Of a DNA stretch of 32,643 nt, positions 8,992 through 18,755 are shown one piece after another; position 1 is the stretch's first letter; every line of letters starts with the position of its first letter. Below the pieces are notes generated by a model. It did not search any database, had not been told where the DNA came from, and worked only from the letters and a program-made list of their open reading frames with translations. The DNA comes from Desulfurococcaceae archaeon (GTDB lineage: Archaea > Thermoproteota > Thermoprotei_A > Sulfolobales > Desulfurococcaceae), in NCBI GenBank assembly GCA_038824035.1, contig JAWBBW010000015.1:1-32643 (forward strand), given 5' to 3'. A program made the translations under genes and the position numbers.

Positions 8992-10599
8992 ATGTTGGAA
9001 ACCATTGCACATGATTTAGCTGGTTTAATGACCCCAGTACTTGCCATATGCGCGTTTTCCATTCCATTACTTGATATGTTGTTGAAAAGGCGAGCTATAT
9101 CAGAATTAATCACTATAATAGCCACTCTATTTACCGCTATAAGCACTAGTATCATCTTCGTGCATGTGTACATCAGTGGCAATGTATTGATCTACACATA
9201 TGGTGGTTGGCCACCTCATTTCGGGATAAACTACGAAATAGACCTCTTAAATGCCATCTTAGCGATGTTTACATCGTGGAATTTCGTAGCCATAGTCTTG
9301 TATTCACTCTGGTATAGACACCATATAGATGAGCCAGTTTGGTACTATGTAATGCTAATAGGCCTATTAACAGGCCTAATAGGTTGTCTATACACAGGTG
9401 ATGCCTTCAACTTGTTCGTGATGTTCGAGGTTTTAAGTATTTCTGCGTATGGGCTTGTCGCATACCATAAGAACAAGCCAGAAGCGCTGGAGGCCGCGGC
9501 CAAATACGCGATACTAGGCGCTGTCGCTACTACGATGTACTTCATAGCCGTGATAATACTTTATGCTATTCATGGAAGTGTCAACATGGCTATCTTGACT
9601 GGTTTCGCGAGGACAGGTGTACCCGATAGCGTCAAATACGCATCCATGATCTCTGTTTCGCTCGCATTGTGGGCGTTTACCTTTAAATCGGCGTTGGTTC
9701 CTAATCATTTCTGGCTACCAGATGCTCATCCAGAAGCTCCTACCCCTGTATCCGCCGCATTGTCTGGGCTGGTAGTTAATATCGGGGCATATGCCACTAT
9801 GAGATTTCTCTACACAATTTTCAACGAAAACAGCTACTTATCTAATCTCAGAATGCCCATAATGATGGCTTTGTTCATCCTTGGAACACTCAGCGGCATT
9901 ATAGGTGGGTTAATGATGATGGTTCAAAAAGATATAAAGAGATTACTAGCGTATAGTACCATTTGCCACATGGGAATAATATACATTGGAATAGCCATAG
10001 GCTTCGCCGTAAATAAGGCAGCTATAGCAATGGCCATGACCGGCACAGTTCTACACATAATGACACATGGTATCGCGAAATCTTTGTTATTCATGTCAAG
10101 CGGTGTTTTCATAGATATGGCTGGTTCAAGGGATATGGATAAGATGCGAGGCGTTGGAAGAAAAAACCTATTGGTTTCGGTTTCGTTTTTAATCGGATTT
10201 CTCAGCCTTGCAGGATTGCTTCCCTTAGCTGGGTTTTTCTCAAAGCTATTGATAATAATGGGGTACGCTGAATCGGGTTTCGTTCTCGGGGGCATAATGA
10301 TCTTGGTGATATCGGCCCTCTCATTGCCCGGGTATTTCAAGGCGATGTACTCGGTGATTTTCGCGACAAGCGATAAAGATAATGTACAAGTGAGTGAGAA
10401 TCCGAAACATGTTAAATATGTAAATACTTTGTTATTCGCCATGGGTATTTCATTGATAATCCTGGGATTGGCTTACCCCCTTATACAAGGGGCATTCGCG
10501 AGGGTAGCTGAGTCCATTGTGATAGAGGAAGCTCGTATTGAATATGTTAATGCTGTTCTCAGAACAATACTCAGAATCATATATGGTGGTATTCAATGA
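8992..10599 (+). CDS. mbhH: Proton-translocating MnhD/NuoN-like subunit (MbhH)
   Basis: TGDAFNLFVMFEV, K-S-A-L-V-P-x-H-F-W-L-P-D-A-H-P-E-A-P-T-P-V-S-A and DIKRLLAYS motifs; many TM segments. Confidence 0.94.
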   Translation: MLETIAHDLAGLMTPVLAICAFSIPLLDMLLKRRAISELITIIATLFTAISTSIIFVHVYISGNVLIYTYGGWPPHFGINYEIDLLNAILAMFTSWNFVAIVLYSLWYRHHIDEPVWYYVMLIGLLTGLIGCLYTGDAFNLFVMFEVLSISAYGLVAYHKNKPEALEAAAKYAILGAVATTMYFIAVIILYAIHGSVNMAILTGFARTGVPDSVKYASMISVSLALWAFTFKSALVPNHFWLPDAHPEAPTPVSAALSGLVVNIGAYATMRFLYTIFNENSYLSNLRMPIMMALFILGTLSGIIGGLMMMVQKDIKRLLAYSTICHMGIIYIGIAIGFAVNKAAIAMAMTGTVLHIMTHGIAKSLLFMSSGVFIDMAGSRDMDKMRGVGRKNLLVSVSFLIGFLSLAGLLPLAGFFSKLLIIMGYAESGFVLGGIMILVISALSLPGYFKAMYSVIFATSDKDNVQVSENPKHVKYVNTLLFAMGISLIILGLAYPLIQGAFARVAESIVIEEARIEYVNAVLRTILRIIYGGIQ

Positions 10600-10952
10600 A
10601 AGTGCACTATATACTAGATCCTGTCACATTAGCTGTGGTGACCTCTATCATATTTGTTGCATTGTTCTCACTATTATCGATATTGTATCATGTGCTTAAG
10701 AACAAGAATGAACGATTGACCGAGACATATTTATGTGGTGAACCAGAGAGCGTTATATCACATCCTGCTCCTAGCATAAGTTCATTGTACTGGGGCTTTA
10801 TGAAGAAATTTGCCAAGAAAATCTATGATGCTTTAATAGATCTAGTGCATACAGGCAATATACAGGACTGGGCCATGTTCATGACGTCTTGGATGGGTTT
10901 ATTGATATTGATCTCGATCATCGTGTTCGCTCTGTATATATTCACGAGGTGA
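10596..10952 (+). CDS. mbhI: MbhI-like membrane subunit (NuoA/lateral-helix-like)
   Basis: Y-x-C-G-E and H-T-G-x-x-x-D-W motifs between two TM segments. Confidence 0.8.
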   Translation: MKVHYILDPVTLAVVTSIIFVALFSLLSILYHVLKNKNERLTETYLCGEPESVISHPAPSISSLYWGFMKKFAKKIYDALIDLVHTGNIQDWAMFMTSWMGLLILISIIVFALYIFTR

Positions 10953-11956
10953 ATGTCATGAACCCCCTGGATTTCATATACTTGGTGATATCGGTTTTTA
11001 TATTCCCAGGATTAATTTTCATGCTATGTCTAGCCCTTTTCACACAATACCTTGTTAGAAAAATGAGCGCGAAAATACAGAGAAGAATGGGGCCTACTTA
11101 TGTAGGTCCCTATGGTATATTACAGCCCTTTTACGATTTACTAAAACTACTTAGAAGCAAGGAGATCGTGGCAACGAGACATAGCATGGTGAAACTGGCT
11201 GAGTCATCGTTGTTAATAGGCATAGCCTCTGCTATAACTTCGATTATCTTGTTCCCGATAAGCTTATTCAATCTTTCAAGCCCATTAGATTACCTGGTGT
11301 TTTTCTACCTGGCTAGTGTAATCCCTGTCTCCATGTTGATAATTGCTTCACTATCCATGCCAAATCCATTCACTGTGATAGGTGTTTCAAGGTTACTCAG
11401 CATGGTGACACTGAGCGAGCCCACGTTCTTTGCGAGTTTATTTATCCCACTGTTCCTGGCCTCTAGGGGAGATGAGAGGTTATTTCTAAGTATTTCAGCG
11501 TATTCCACTATCCCATCGCTATGGTGTGATTTGTTCACAGCGCTGGTACTCATATTGTCATTGATATCAGCCGTTGTCAGTGTTCAAGCAAAAATCATGT
11601 ATCCTCCATTCAATATACCAGAAGCTGAACAGGAGATCGTGGCAGGGTTTGAAACTGAGTTTTCAGGCCCTCTACTATCGTTGGCAATACTGTTACACGA
11701 TATCGATCTAAGCATATCGGCCCTGGCAATAGTATATTTATTGTTAGCTGGTCCTTGGCCATTTAGCCACTTAGATCCACTCGGTATAGTGGTTCTGGTA
11801 GCCAAGTATCTGGCAGTGGTATTTGTAATTGTATTAATGAAAAACGTGTTTGGGAGGTACAGGATCGAGCAAGCATTATATCAGTTATTTAAATACGGCG
11901 TTGTACCTGCATTGCTATCCGCTATACTAGCTACTCTATACATATACATTGGTTAA
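10889..11956 (+). CDS. mbhM: NuoH-like membrane anchor subunit (MbhM)
   Basis: R-K-x-x-A-x-I-Q-R-R-x-G-P, GILQPFYD and PFNIPEAEQEIVAGFETEFSG motifs. The real start is likely GTG 10949 or ATG 10958. Confidence 0.93.
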   Translation: MDGFIDIDLDHRVRSVYIHEVNVMNPLDFIYLVISVFIFPGLIFMLCLALFTQYLVRKMSAKIQRRMGPTYVGPYGILQPFYDLLKLLRSKEIVATRHSMVKLAESSLLIGIASAITSIILFPISLFNLSSPLDYLVFFYLASVIPVSMLIIASLSMPNPFTVIGVSRLLSMVTLSEPTFFASLFIPLFLASRGDERLFLSISAYSTIPSLWCDLFTALVLILSLISAVVSVQAKIMYPPFNIPEAEQEIVAGFETEFSGPLLSLAILLHDIDLSISALAIVYLLLAGPWPFSHLDPLGIVVLVAKYLAVVFVIVLMKNVFGRYRIEQALYQLFKYGVVPALLSAILATLYIYIG

Positions 11957-11974
11957 TCATGATATGAATAGTCG

Positions 11975-12502
11975 TTATCCAAGTAATTTATCCCAGAAAC
12001 TTTTATCCAATGCCTCGCCAACAATTATTGCCTCTAAAACACCTTTATTTATAACCAATATATGAGGCACCGCGCCTGCATATCGAGTAAAACCCTTTCT
12101 CACCTCTAATTGTGAGATCCTATTGAACAGTAGCGTTGCATAATCATCTTGATCAAGCCATAATACAAGCGATCTCTCTAGGTAGGAGTTATTCTCGAAA
12201 AACAAATACTGTTTATGGCAATGCGGACACCATGTAGCGCCAAACATTACTATTCTTGTATCCTGTGTCACATTATACCTATTTACAAGCATATCATATA
12301 TGAGCTTCCATTCGTCTTCCGATATATCTATTCTCCCAATTTCTTTGACCCCTGTATAGAACGTTACATTGCCGCGAACTGGTTGTTGTGTAATAGCTAG
12401 GAGGGCTATTACGACGATCGCCGCTATTATCGGCAATAATAGATATAATGCCCTATTACTGTCTTTCCTAGACTTAGCCACCGCCATCACCATTTTTGAC
12501 AA
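11975..12502 (-). CDS. Membrane-anchored thioredoxin-fold thiol-disulfide oxidoreductase
   Basis: Basic N-terminus and a TM/signal helix, then FGATWCPHC and a downstream V-P (cis-Pro-type) loop. Confidence 0.82.
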   Translation of the reverse strand: MSKMVMAVAKSRKDSNRALYLLLPIIAAIVVIALLAITQQPVRGNVTFYTGVKEIGRIDISEDEWKLIYDMLVNRYNVTQDTRIVMFGATWCPHCHKQYLFFENNSYLERSLVLWLDQDDYATLLFNRISQLEVRKGFTRYAGAVPHILVINKGVLEAIIVGEALDKSFWDKLLG

Positions 12503-12640
12503 ATTAAGCTCTAAATCAATTATTCTTTATTTAGGGTTTTTAACTTGTCATTATTTTATACTATTTCCCATTGTTTTAACAAAAAATAAAAACTCCAAAG
12601 ATCTATCAAAAATCGTGTTTAACCAGGAGGTAGCGCAGAG

Positions 12641-13348
12641 ATGCAGGATTTGCTCTCGCTGATAACGCTAATAACAATATATGCACTGATAGATTCCATT
12701 GATCCATGTTTCCTCGCGATCTACACAGGCATATTAGTAGCCGTGGGGATAAGAGATCTGGCGAAATTATGGTTAATCAGTTCTTATTTCATAGCATCAG
12801 TATATCTTGGCTATTTCATTTTTGGTTTCCTGGTGAGATACCTGGTTACATCGATAAATATCAATAGGTACTATTTATTCATCCTGGTGATCATATATGG
12901 TGTCGCTCTCTGCGGTCATAGCTTATACAGGATTTTCTATAGAAGAAGATCCATGGTCAATTCCATATGTAGAGAGGACAATATTGGATGCAGAATTGCC
13001 AATTCAAGGTTTTTCAAATTACTCAAATCTATGAAAATAAGTATACCATATGTGGTAATACTTGGGCTCTTATCATCAATTACAATATTGCCTTGTAGTG
13101 CCGGCTTATACAATGTATATATAATTTTAACCATGAACATGAGTGTCCTTGAGTGGATACCCTATACACTGCTCTATGTAGCTATCTTTATATCGCCATT
13201 AGTGCTCATAGCGATCTCCATAACAGGCTTATTGAGGATAAAGAGAGTTTATCAATTCCTAATAAATGAGAACGAATATGTAAAATTAATCGGAGGTATA
13301 TTAGCGATCTTGACTGGGATCTACATATATAACTACTACATTATTTGA
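12641..13348 (+). CDS. CcdA/DsbD-beta-like transmembrane electron-transfer protein
   Basis: About six hydrophobic segments with two Pro-Cys motifs (SIDPC, LPCS); GGAGG RBS. Confidence 0.75.
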   Translation: MQDLLSLITLITIYALIDSIDPCFLAIYTGILVAVGIRDLAKLWLISSYFIASVYLGYFIFGFLVRYLVTSININRYYLFILVIIYGVALCGHSLYRIFYRRRSMVNSICREDNIGCRIANSRFFKLLKSMKISIPYVVILGLLSSITILPCSAGLYNVYIILTMNMSVLEWIPYTLLYVAIFISPLVLIAISITGLLRIKRVYQFLINENEYVKLIGGILAILTGIYIYNYYII

Positions 13349-14564
13349 CTTGAGCGAAGACACCGACATTGACTGAACCATATCTGTTACATGATGTCTC
13401 TACTCCGATGAGTATGTACACGTCGTGAATCCAATATTTGGTCGTATCTATGGTGACCACATATGTCTTATTATACCATGTATTGTATAGACTCCGTGGA
13501 TCGCTTTCCAGTGCGATCCTCGCTAGGTAGGGTTTAAAACCAGGCCATTCATTCATAGTTGGTTGCCCTATCACTACTGGATACCTGATGTCGGCATCAT
13601 GACTATAGATATAAATCACTGGCATGAAGTATGATCGAACATCAAATGACCCGATCGATATATTGATCACGAGAGAGATGTTGCCTTTTCCATAGATTAT
13701 TCTGAACACCTGAATATATGGATATAGTAAAGCCCCGAAGAGATTGTTATATAGATAATTACTAAGACATGATACATCGAAACTCATCAATCCATTAATC
13801 ATCGACCAACATTTACCTGTCTCAAAGCCAAGTGTGAAAAAACTTGTTTGAAACTCCACGACATAGGCCCCTCTTCCATAGCTAGCGGGGTTGTAGGGGA
13901 TTCCTATGTAACATAGGTCGTACATTGTATTACCCCAACCACAGAGTATGGGGCCTCTTGTAAATACATTATTGAAAGATACATCGTTTTGTCCTCCAAT
14001 AAAGACCTTATAGCCAAGATGATTCAGTGATATAAAAGCGGAATTTTTCTCAACACCTGTATTATCACTAATATCATCTCCGTTAATGATATATGACACC
14101 AGTTCTTCATCTATGTATGGCTTGTTCTTTATATAATCGGGTGCTTTGGCTAGGCGAGGATCGTTTTTGGGGATATAATAGTAAACAATCCCGTTATCTG
14201 ATAACACGTATATCTTTATTTTTCCACCATTATACATGAATTGCTCGGTGTAGTTGCCATCTACTAGTCTATTAACTTCAATTGTATGTACTTTTTCGTA
14301 ATTATTTACATCAGCTACTACTATTTCTTTCAGTTTCATAGGCATATATGTATAGATCTCGAGATAGAGTGAGCCATTGATGTAGTTTAGCGATAGAACA
14401 GGTGGATTCATTAACTCGGCAATCCTATATATTCCTTGATTAAAACTATCTCTTAAATTCACGAAAGAACTACGTAGCCACGTATACATGCCTGCAAATA
14501 GCCCTATTAGCACTAGGATCATGAGGTACGTGCCTATGATTGACTCCACTGCTTTCAAAAACAC
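13341..14564 (-). CDS. Hypothetical surface protein with an archaeal class III (prepilin-like) signal peptide
   Basis: KA|VESIIGTYLMILVLIGLFAG at the N-terminus, followed by a Tyr/Asn/Gly-rich soluble region. The start may be TTG 14558. Confidence 0.6.
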   Translation of the reverse strand: MFLKAVESIIGTYLMILVLIGLFAGMYTWLRSSFVNLRDSFNQGIYRIAELMNPPVLSLNYINGSLYLEIYTYMPMKLKEIVVADVNNYEKVHTIEVNRLVDGNYTEQFMYNGGKIKIYVLSDNGIVYYYIPKNDPRLAKAPDYIKNKPYIDEELVSYIINGDDISDNTGVEKNSAFISLNHLGYKVFIGGQNDVSFNNVFTRGPILCGWGNTMYDLCYIGIPYNPASYGRGAYVVEFQTSFFTLGFETGKCWSMINGLMSFDVSCLSNYLYNNLFGALLYPYIQVFRIIYGKGNISLVINISIGSFDVRSYFMPVIYIYSHDADIRYPVVIGQPTMNEWPGFKPYLARIALESDPRSLYNTWYNKTYVVTIDTTKYWIHDVYILIGVETSCNRYGSVNVGVFAQVK

Positions 14565-14630
14565 CCCTTGGTAAACAACTGGTTTTTTATAAAGGACTGT
14601 GAACTGAAAGTATAAGGGCTGTTGTTGAAA

Positions 14631-15731
14631 TTACACATTTATGGGTGTTCTCAGAATACCTCCTATTCCATTAAATGTTTTTAAGAACCACTCAGCCTCT
14701 GGTATATCAGTGCTAAGTACCAGTGTCTTTGCACCGTGTTTACGGGCAAGGTCCAACCATTGATCAACATCATCCCGTTCCTCGCTGATCAATAGGATGC
14801 TCACCATGCCCATCTCTAATGCTGTCTTGGTCTCATTTTCACCATATATAACTAAGCCATCATCTTTGGCCAAGTGGTATTTAAACTCCTCTAAATATTT
14901 CAACGACTCCGCATATTCCTGGTTCCTGAGCAAGTCCTGCGCCCTTAATACTAGTTCCCTTAAACCAGCCTCGCCTTGATAAGAGACATCAAATAACTCT
15001 GAGACAACGATGTTCTTTAACCTATAATCTATATAATCTCCCTGTATGAAGTCGTGTTTCGCATAAGCTGGGCCACCAATTATAATGGCTTTTAATTTAC
15101 CTTGTTCCAGCAATGGGAGGAACACTTTGTTAGCATGTTCGCCAACTCTCTTGTAAAACTCTTCCACCATTTGCTCTATTATACGATCATATCTGCGCTG
15201 GCTCTGACCACCTTTCTGGTGTTTACCCGGTATATAGTCTTCGAGTTCCTCGACTACGACAAGTCTATTCCCTTTGAGCATTCCAATTGTCGCGGCATCT
15301 CTCTCTATGATCAATAGGCCTATGATATCGTATTCACTGATCATTTCCTCGAGGAACTCTGTGTGAAATACCTTGTCAGTTCTATAGAAAAATATCGGGA
15401 CATCTTCGGGTGGTATCAACATCATCACAATATTATCACCTGTATCTGGGTCCATGCCGGCAAATAGAACTAAACCTTTATCAGGTGTCTTGGATATTTT
15501 GCTGAGCCTGTCATAGGCAACATTTAATGCCCATTCAACCGCATTTCTAGTTTTCTTCAACTTTATATTATCTGCCACCGATATCTCCTGTCTAAGCAAT
15601 GAAAGAACATCGCTCATGGGTCTACCCGGTGGTATATACAAGCTAAGCAATATAGTTGCATGGGCTTTCCATTTCTTAAGTTCCTTTATGATTTCACGTA
15701 GTTTCTGTTTATCTACCCTCAACCTGTCCAA
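14631..15731 (-). CDS. prf1: Archaeal peptide chain release factor 1 (aRF1)
   Basis: LSLYIPP, NIKLK, GKHQKGGQSQRRY and GIGGILR motifs. Confidence 0.97.
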   Translation of the reverse strand: MDRLRVDKQKLREIIKELKKWKAHATILLSLYIPPGRPMSDVLSLLRQEISVADNIKLKKTRNAVEWALNVAYDRLSKISKTPDKGLVLFAGMDPDTGDNIVMMLIPPEDVPIFFYRTDKVFHTEFLEEMISEYDIIGLLIIERDAATIGMLKGNRLVVVEELEDYIPGKHQKGGQSQRRYDRIIEQMVEEFYKRVGEHANKVFLPLLEQGKLKAIIIGGPAYAKHDFIQGDYIDYRLKNIVVSELFDVSYQGEAGLRELVLRAQDLLRNQEYAESLKYLEEFKYHLAKDDGLVIYGENETKTALEMGMVSILLISEERDDVDQWLDLARKHGAKTLVLSTDIPEAEWFLKTFNGIGGILRTPINV

Positions 15732-15819
15732 TTGCTCCTCACTATAACTAAAAACTCATACCCTTCACCTTTCAGGGTAAAGTAGGATATTAAACACTGG
15801 TTTTAAATTTGACTGGCTT

Positions 15820-16848
15820 ATGATGATGTGGATAAATACCTTGTCTAAGCTATCACATGGCGTGATCGAGGCAGACACCATGGGTGGGAAGATGTTCGAT
15901 AAGATATGGAGAAAATTCGTCACGGCCCTCGTCTTTGCCACGATCATCATTATATTATACAACATAGTCCTCGGCACTATTCACACAAACATACGCTATT
16001 TGCTCAGCTACTACGCATTCACATCATTAGCAATACTCCTAATTGGGTGGATTATATCAGCATTCAGGTTGAAAATAATCGTGGAATCGTCATTTTCAGT
16101 TAAATCGATCGGGTTATTTGATTGCGTGAAAGCCCGGTTTCTCGGCGGGTTATTAGCGAACATAACGCCTTCATCCATAGGGGGAGAACCCGCTAGGGCA
16201 CTTTATATCTCAAGGTTGATGGACATTGATTTGACCAGCTCATATGCCATGGCAATATATGAGGTGTACTATGATGTAATAACTATCAATTTGATCGGGT
16301 TTATCCTTAGTACATGGTATTTACCCAGAAGTATACCTGTGCTATTAGTGTCTATTTCCATGACTTTGTCATGGATAGGTATACATGTCTATTTAAAAAA
16401 CAGGTCAATAGTTGAACGGACAGTAATACTCCTTGGAAAGATCTTGCCCAAAGACATCGTAGCGAGGATATATAGCTACATATCTAATTTCGCTCAGCAC
16501 TACCACAATATCTCGCAAAGAGTAGGGTTGGGTAAAAAGATTATCATAACGTTTTTAACGATATTATATAATTCCGTGTGGGGTATGGCTATAGTTCCAT
16601 TACAATATGTAAGACATGTCGAGGTCAACGCTGAATCAATTATGAACGCTATTAGCTCATACTACATGATGCAATCTATAAGCGCTTTGCCAACTCCCGG
16701 TGGAAGCGGAGTCGCTGAATACGGGCTATTGATAGGGCTAGAGCCATCTGTTGCTATGATCTATAGGATCATATACTATTACTCAACTATCTTAATTGGT
16801 TTAATAGTATTGACCACCACTATGCGAAGGGATACTAAAAACCGCTAA
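15820..16848 (+). CDS. UPF0104 / lysylphosphatidylglycerol-synthase TM-domain (flippase-like) membrane protein
   Basis: NITPSSIGGEP and PTPGGSGVAE motifs, polytopic. The start is probably later (ATG 15880 or 15892). Confidence 0.85.
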   Translation: MMMWINTLSKLSHGVIEADTMGGKMFDKIWRKFVTALVFATIIIILYNIVLGTIHTNIRYLLSYYAFTSLAILLIGWIISAFRLKIIVESSFSVKSIGLFDCVKARFLGGLLANITPSSIGGEPARALYISRLMDIDLTSSYAMAIYEVYYDVITINLIGFILSTWYLPRSIPVLLVSISMTLSWIGIHVYLKNRSIVERTVILLGKILPKDIVARIYSYISNFAQHYHNISQRVGLGKKIIITFLTILYNSVWGMAIVPLQYVRHVEVNAESIMNAISSYYMMQSISALPTPGGSGVAEYGLLIGLEPSVAMIYRIIYYYSTILIGLIVLTTTMRRDTKNR

Positions 16849-16852
16849 GTAG

Positions 16853-17038
16853 CTATTTAGACTTAGCTGTGCCTCTTAATATTTTCTTCGGTCTTAAAGT
16901 TCCCTTGGATTTGCACCGCCTACACTTGGTTGCTCCAGGCGGGTTTAAAGCACCACATTTCCTACATACTGTTTTATTTATTACCCTTGCCTGCACTATT
17001 TTCAACAACTCTGGGTCATTTATTGGCAATACACTCAC
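16853..17038 (-). CDS. rpl40e: 50S ribosomal protein L40e
   Basis: [19 protein letters not shown]...LRPKK. The true start is likely TTG 17029 (MPINDP) behind a GGTGA RBS. Confidence 0.96.
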   Translation of the reverse strand: MSVLPINDPELLKIVQARVINKTVCRKCGALNPPGATKCRRCKSKGTLRPKKILRGTAKSK

Positions 17039-17115
17039 CCGACTTTATCAATGGTTTAACATTTGTTAATAGTTAGCATTGTTTTTAAATATGTTTTCCA
17101 GACACAGTTCATGTA

Positions 17116-17712
17116 CTATGCCATTATTAAACCGAGTTGAGTCAGTCTCTCCCTTATCAAATCCTGTTCTTCTTGGGGAAACGTTTCAATCGCGTTCTCA
17201 ATCGCTTTAATGTTCAGCCCCTTTTTCCTCAGCCCATTAATATAGTGAGCCAGTTTATCCAGGTCAACACCCTGTCTCGCCTTTAATACTATGTAATGTT
17301 CTGGTCTTATAGCCTTGATCCTGACGCCCTCCACGATTATTTCATCTGGTTTATTCACTATTTCATCCGGTATCTCTATGTCCATGAAATTCTCGTATAA
17401 TTCGACCGTGACGTATTGTTCTTCGAGCGGTATTATTAATCGCGGGATTCCGAGCTCACTCGTAGATATCTCCCAGTTTTTCCTAGATGCTAATTCACTG
17501 TAGAAATCAAACTCCACCAGGGGACTTGGGCTTTTAACAAACAAATCGATATCCCCCTCTAGTTCTGGAAATCCAAGGACAAGTTGCACCACTGTATCTC
17601 CGATCAACACCCCATCTACGCCCTCCTCTACGAGCTCTCTATATATCCTGGCTAGATCCCGTCGTGTCAACCCCATGTTGAAAACACCTTGATAAATTAT
17701 TACAGCCTTCAA
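17116..17712 (-). CDS. Nucleotidyltransferase-fold protein (probably DUF2204-like)
   Basis: h-I-G-D...G-D-I-D-L-F motif and E-H-Y-I-V-L-K. The likely start is ATG 17676 (AGGTG RBS). Confidence 0.7.
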   Translation of the reverse strand: MKAVIIYQGVFNMGLTRRDLARIYRELVEEGVDGVLIGDTVVQLVLGFPELEGDIDLFVKSPSPLVEFDFYSELASRKNWEISTSELGIPRLIIPLEEQYVTVELYENFMDIEIPDEIVNKPDEIIVEGVRIKAIRPEHYIVLKARQGVDLDKLAHYINGLRKKGLNIKAIENAIETFPQEEQDLIRERLTQLGLIMA

Positions 17713-17723
17713 TTAATATAACT

Positions 17724-18392
17724 ATGTGGTGTGATTACTTGTTCAATGTCGATAAAGCTATTAAATTACAGCTCAGGCTTTCCCAAATAGCTTTCGAAGA
17801 AACCGAGAAGGCCCCTAGCCTGGGTCTCAATAATATCAGGTACATAGCCGGCTTTGATTCATCATATAGTGGCAATACACAATATGCTGTCGCAGTAGTT
17901 TACGATATTGAAAACAACGTCATATGTGAAAGGGCATATGCCATTGTAGAGGTCAAAGTACCCTATATACCTGGCTTACTCGCGTTCAGGGAGATACCTG
18001 GCTATATGAGGGCCTTTAATAAGCTAAGAACGCCAATAGACCTGGTAATGGTCGATGGACATGGTTTAAGTCATCCAAGGGCATTTGGAATAGCATCTCA
18101 TCTAGGCCTTGTATTAAACAAGCCGAGCATAGGAGTGGCCAAGAAATATCTATATGGGGAAATAGTTAAGATTGGGGATAGGCGTTTCATAAAAACGCGT
18201 GGAAAAATAGTGGGGGAAATAATTAACCACGAAAACACCGAGTTATATCTAAGCATAGGGTTTGGGATAAAACTAGAAGACGCTGTCGAGATCGCTAGGA
18301 AGTTGCTGAAACCGGGAATTAAACTACCCATACCAATACATGAAGCAGATAAGTACTCTAAACAGATAAAACGGAAATATGTTAAAAACTAA
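17724..18392 (+). CDS. nfi: Endonuclease V
   Basis: A-G-F-D-x-S-Y, PYIPGLLAFRE, DGHGLSHPRAFGIASHLG, SIGVAK and P-I-H-E-A-D motifs. Confidence 0.96.
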   Translation: MWCDYLFNVDKAIKLQLRLSQIAFEETEKAPSLGLNNIRYIAGFDSSYSGNTQYAVAVVYDIENNVICERAYAIVEVKVPYIPGLLAFREIPGYMRAFNKLRTPIDLVMVDGHGLSHPRAFGIASHLGLVLNKPSIGVAKKYLYGEIVKIGDRRFIKTRGKIVGEIINHENTELYLSIGFGIKLEDAVEIARKLLKPGIKLPIPIHEADKYSKQIKRKYVKN

Positions 18393-18420
18393 TGAACGCT
18401 GATAATTAATTCGTGGAAAA

Positions 18421-18495
18421 GGGCCCGTCGCCTAGCCAGGACAGGGCGCCGGCCTTCGGAGCCGGAGGACCCGGGTTCAAATCCCGGCGGGCCCG
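18421..18495 (+). tRNA. tRNA-Arg (anticodon TCG), no intron, CCA not encoded
   Basis: Cloverleaf with GGGCCCG/CGGGCCC acceptor stem, CCGGC-CTTCGGA-GCCGG anticodon arm and CCGGG-TTCAAAT-CCCGG T arm. Confidence 0.96.
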
Positions 18496-18755
18496 TAAAA
18501 TTCTTCCCTTTGTTCAAAAGATTGAATTAGTATTCCAGGCGATGGACCCTGTATTACCGATTTCACCGTTAGATCGATGTCCTTGGTCCGCGTCAAAGTT
18601 AATACCTTTCCCACTAGTTTTTAAACAACTGATCCATATACTTGTTTCCACATTACTTAGAAACACGTGTCTGGGAAGTATTGATCCAAAGACATTTATT
18701 AGAAACCTTTTTAAATAATCCTGTCTTTGAGCTTAATGGCTTGACTGGTGAAAAA

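Noticed and set aside
343-11805. Numerous minus-strand ORFs opposite the hyp and mbh genes
   Set aside because: They are antisense shadows of well-supported genes and have no motifs of their own.
14631-15731. aRF1 NIKL in place of NIKS as a sign of stop-codon reassignment
   Set aside because: This variant is usual in crenarchaeal aRF1, and TAA, TAG and TGA all end intact genes in this window.
18413-18718. 101-aa ORF in the ORF track
   Set aside because: It overlaps the tRNA-Arg cloverleaf and has no protein motif, so it is spurious.
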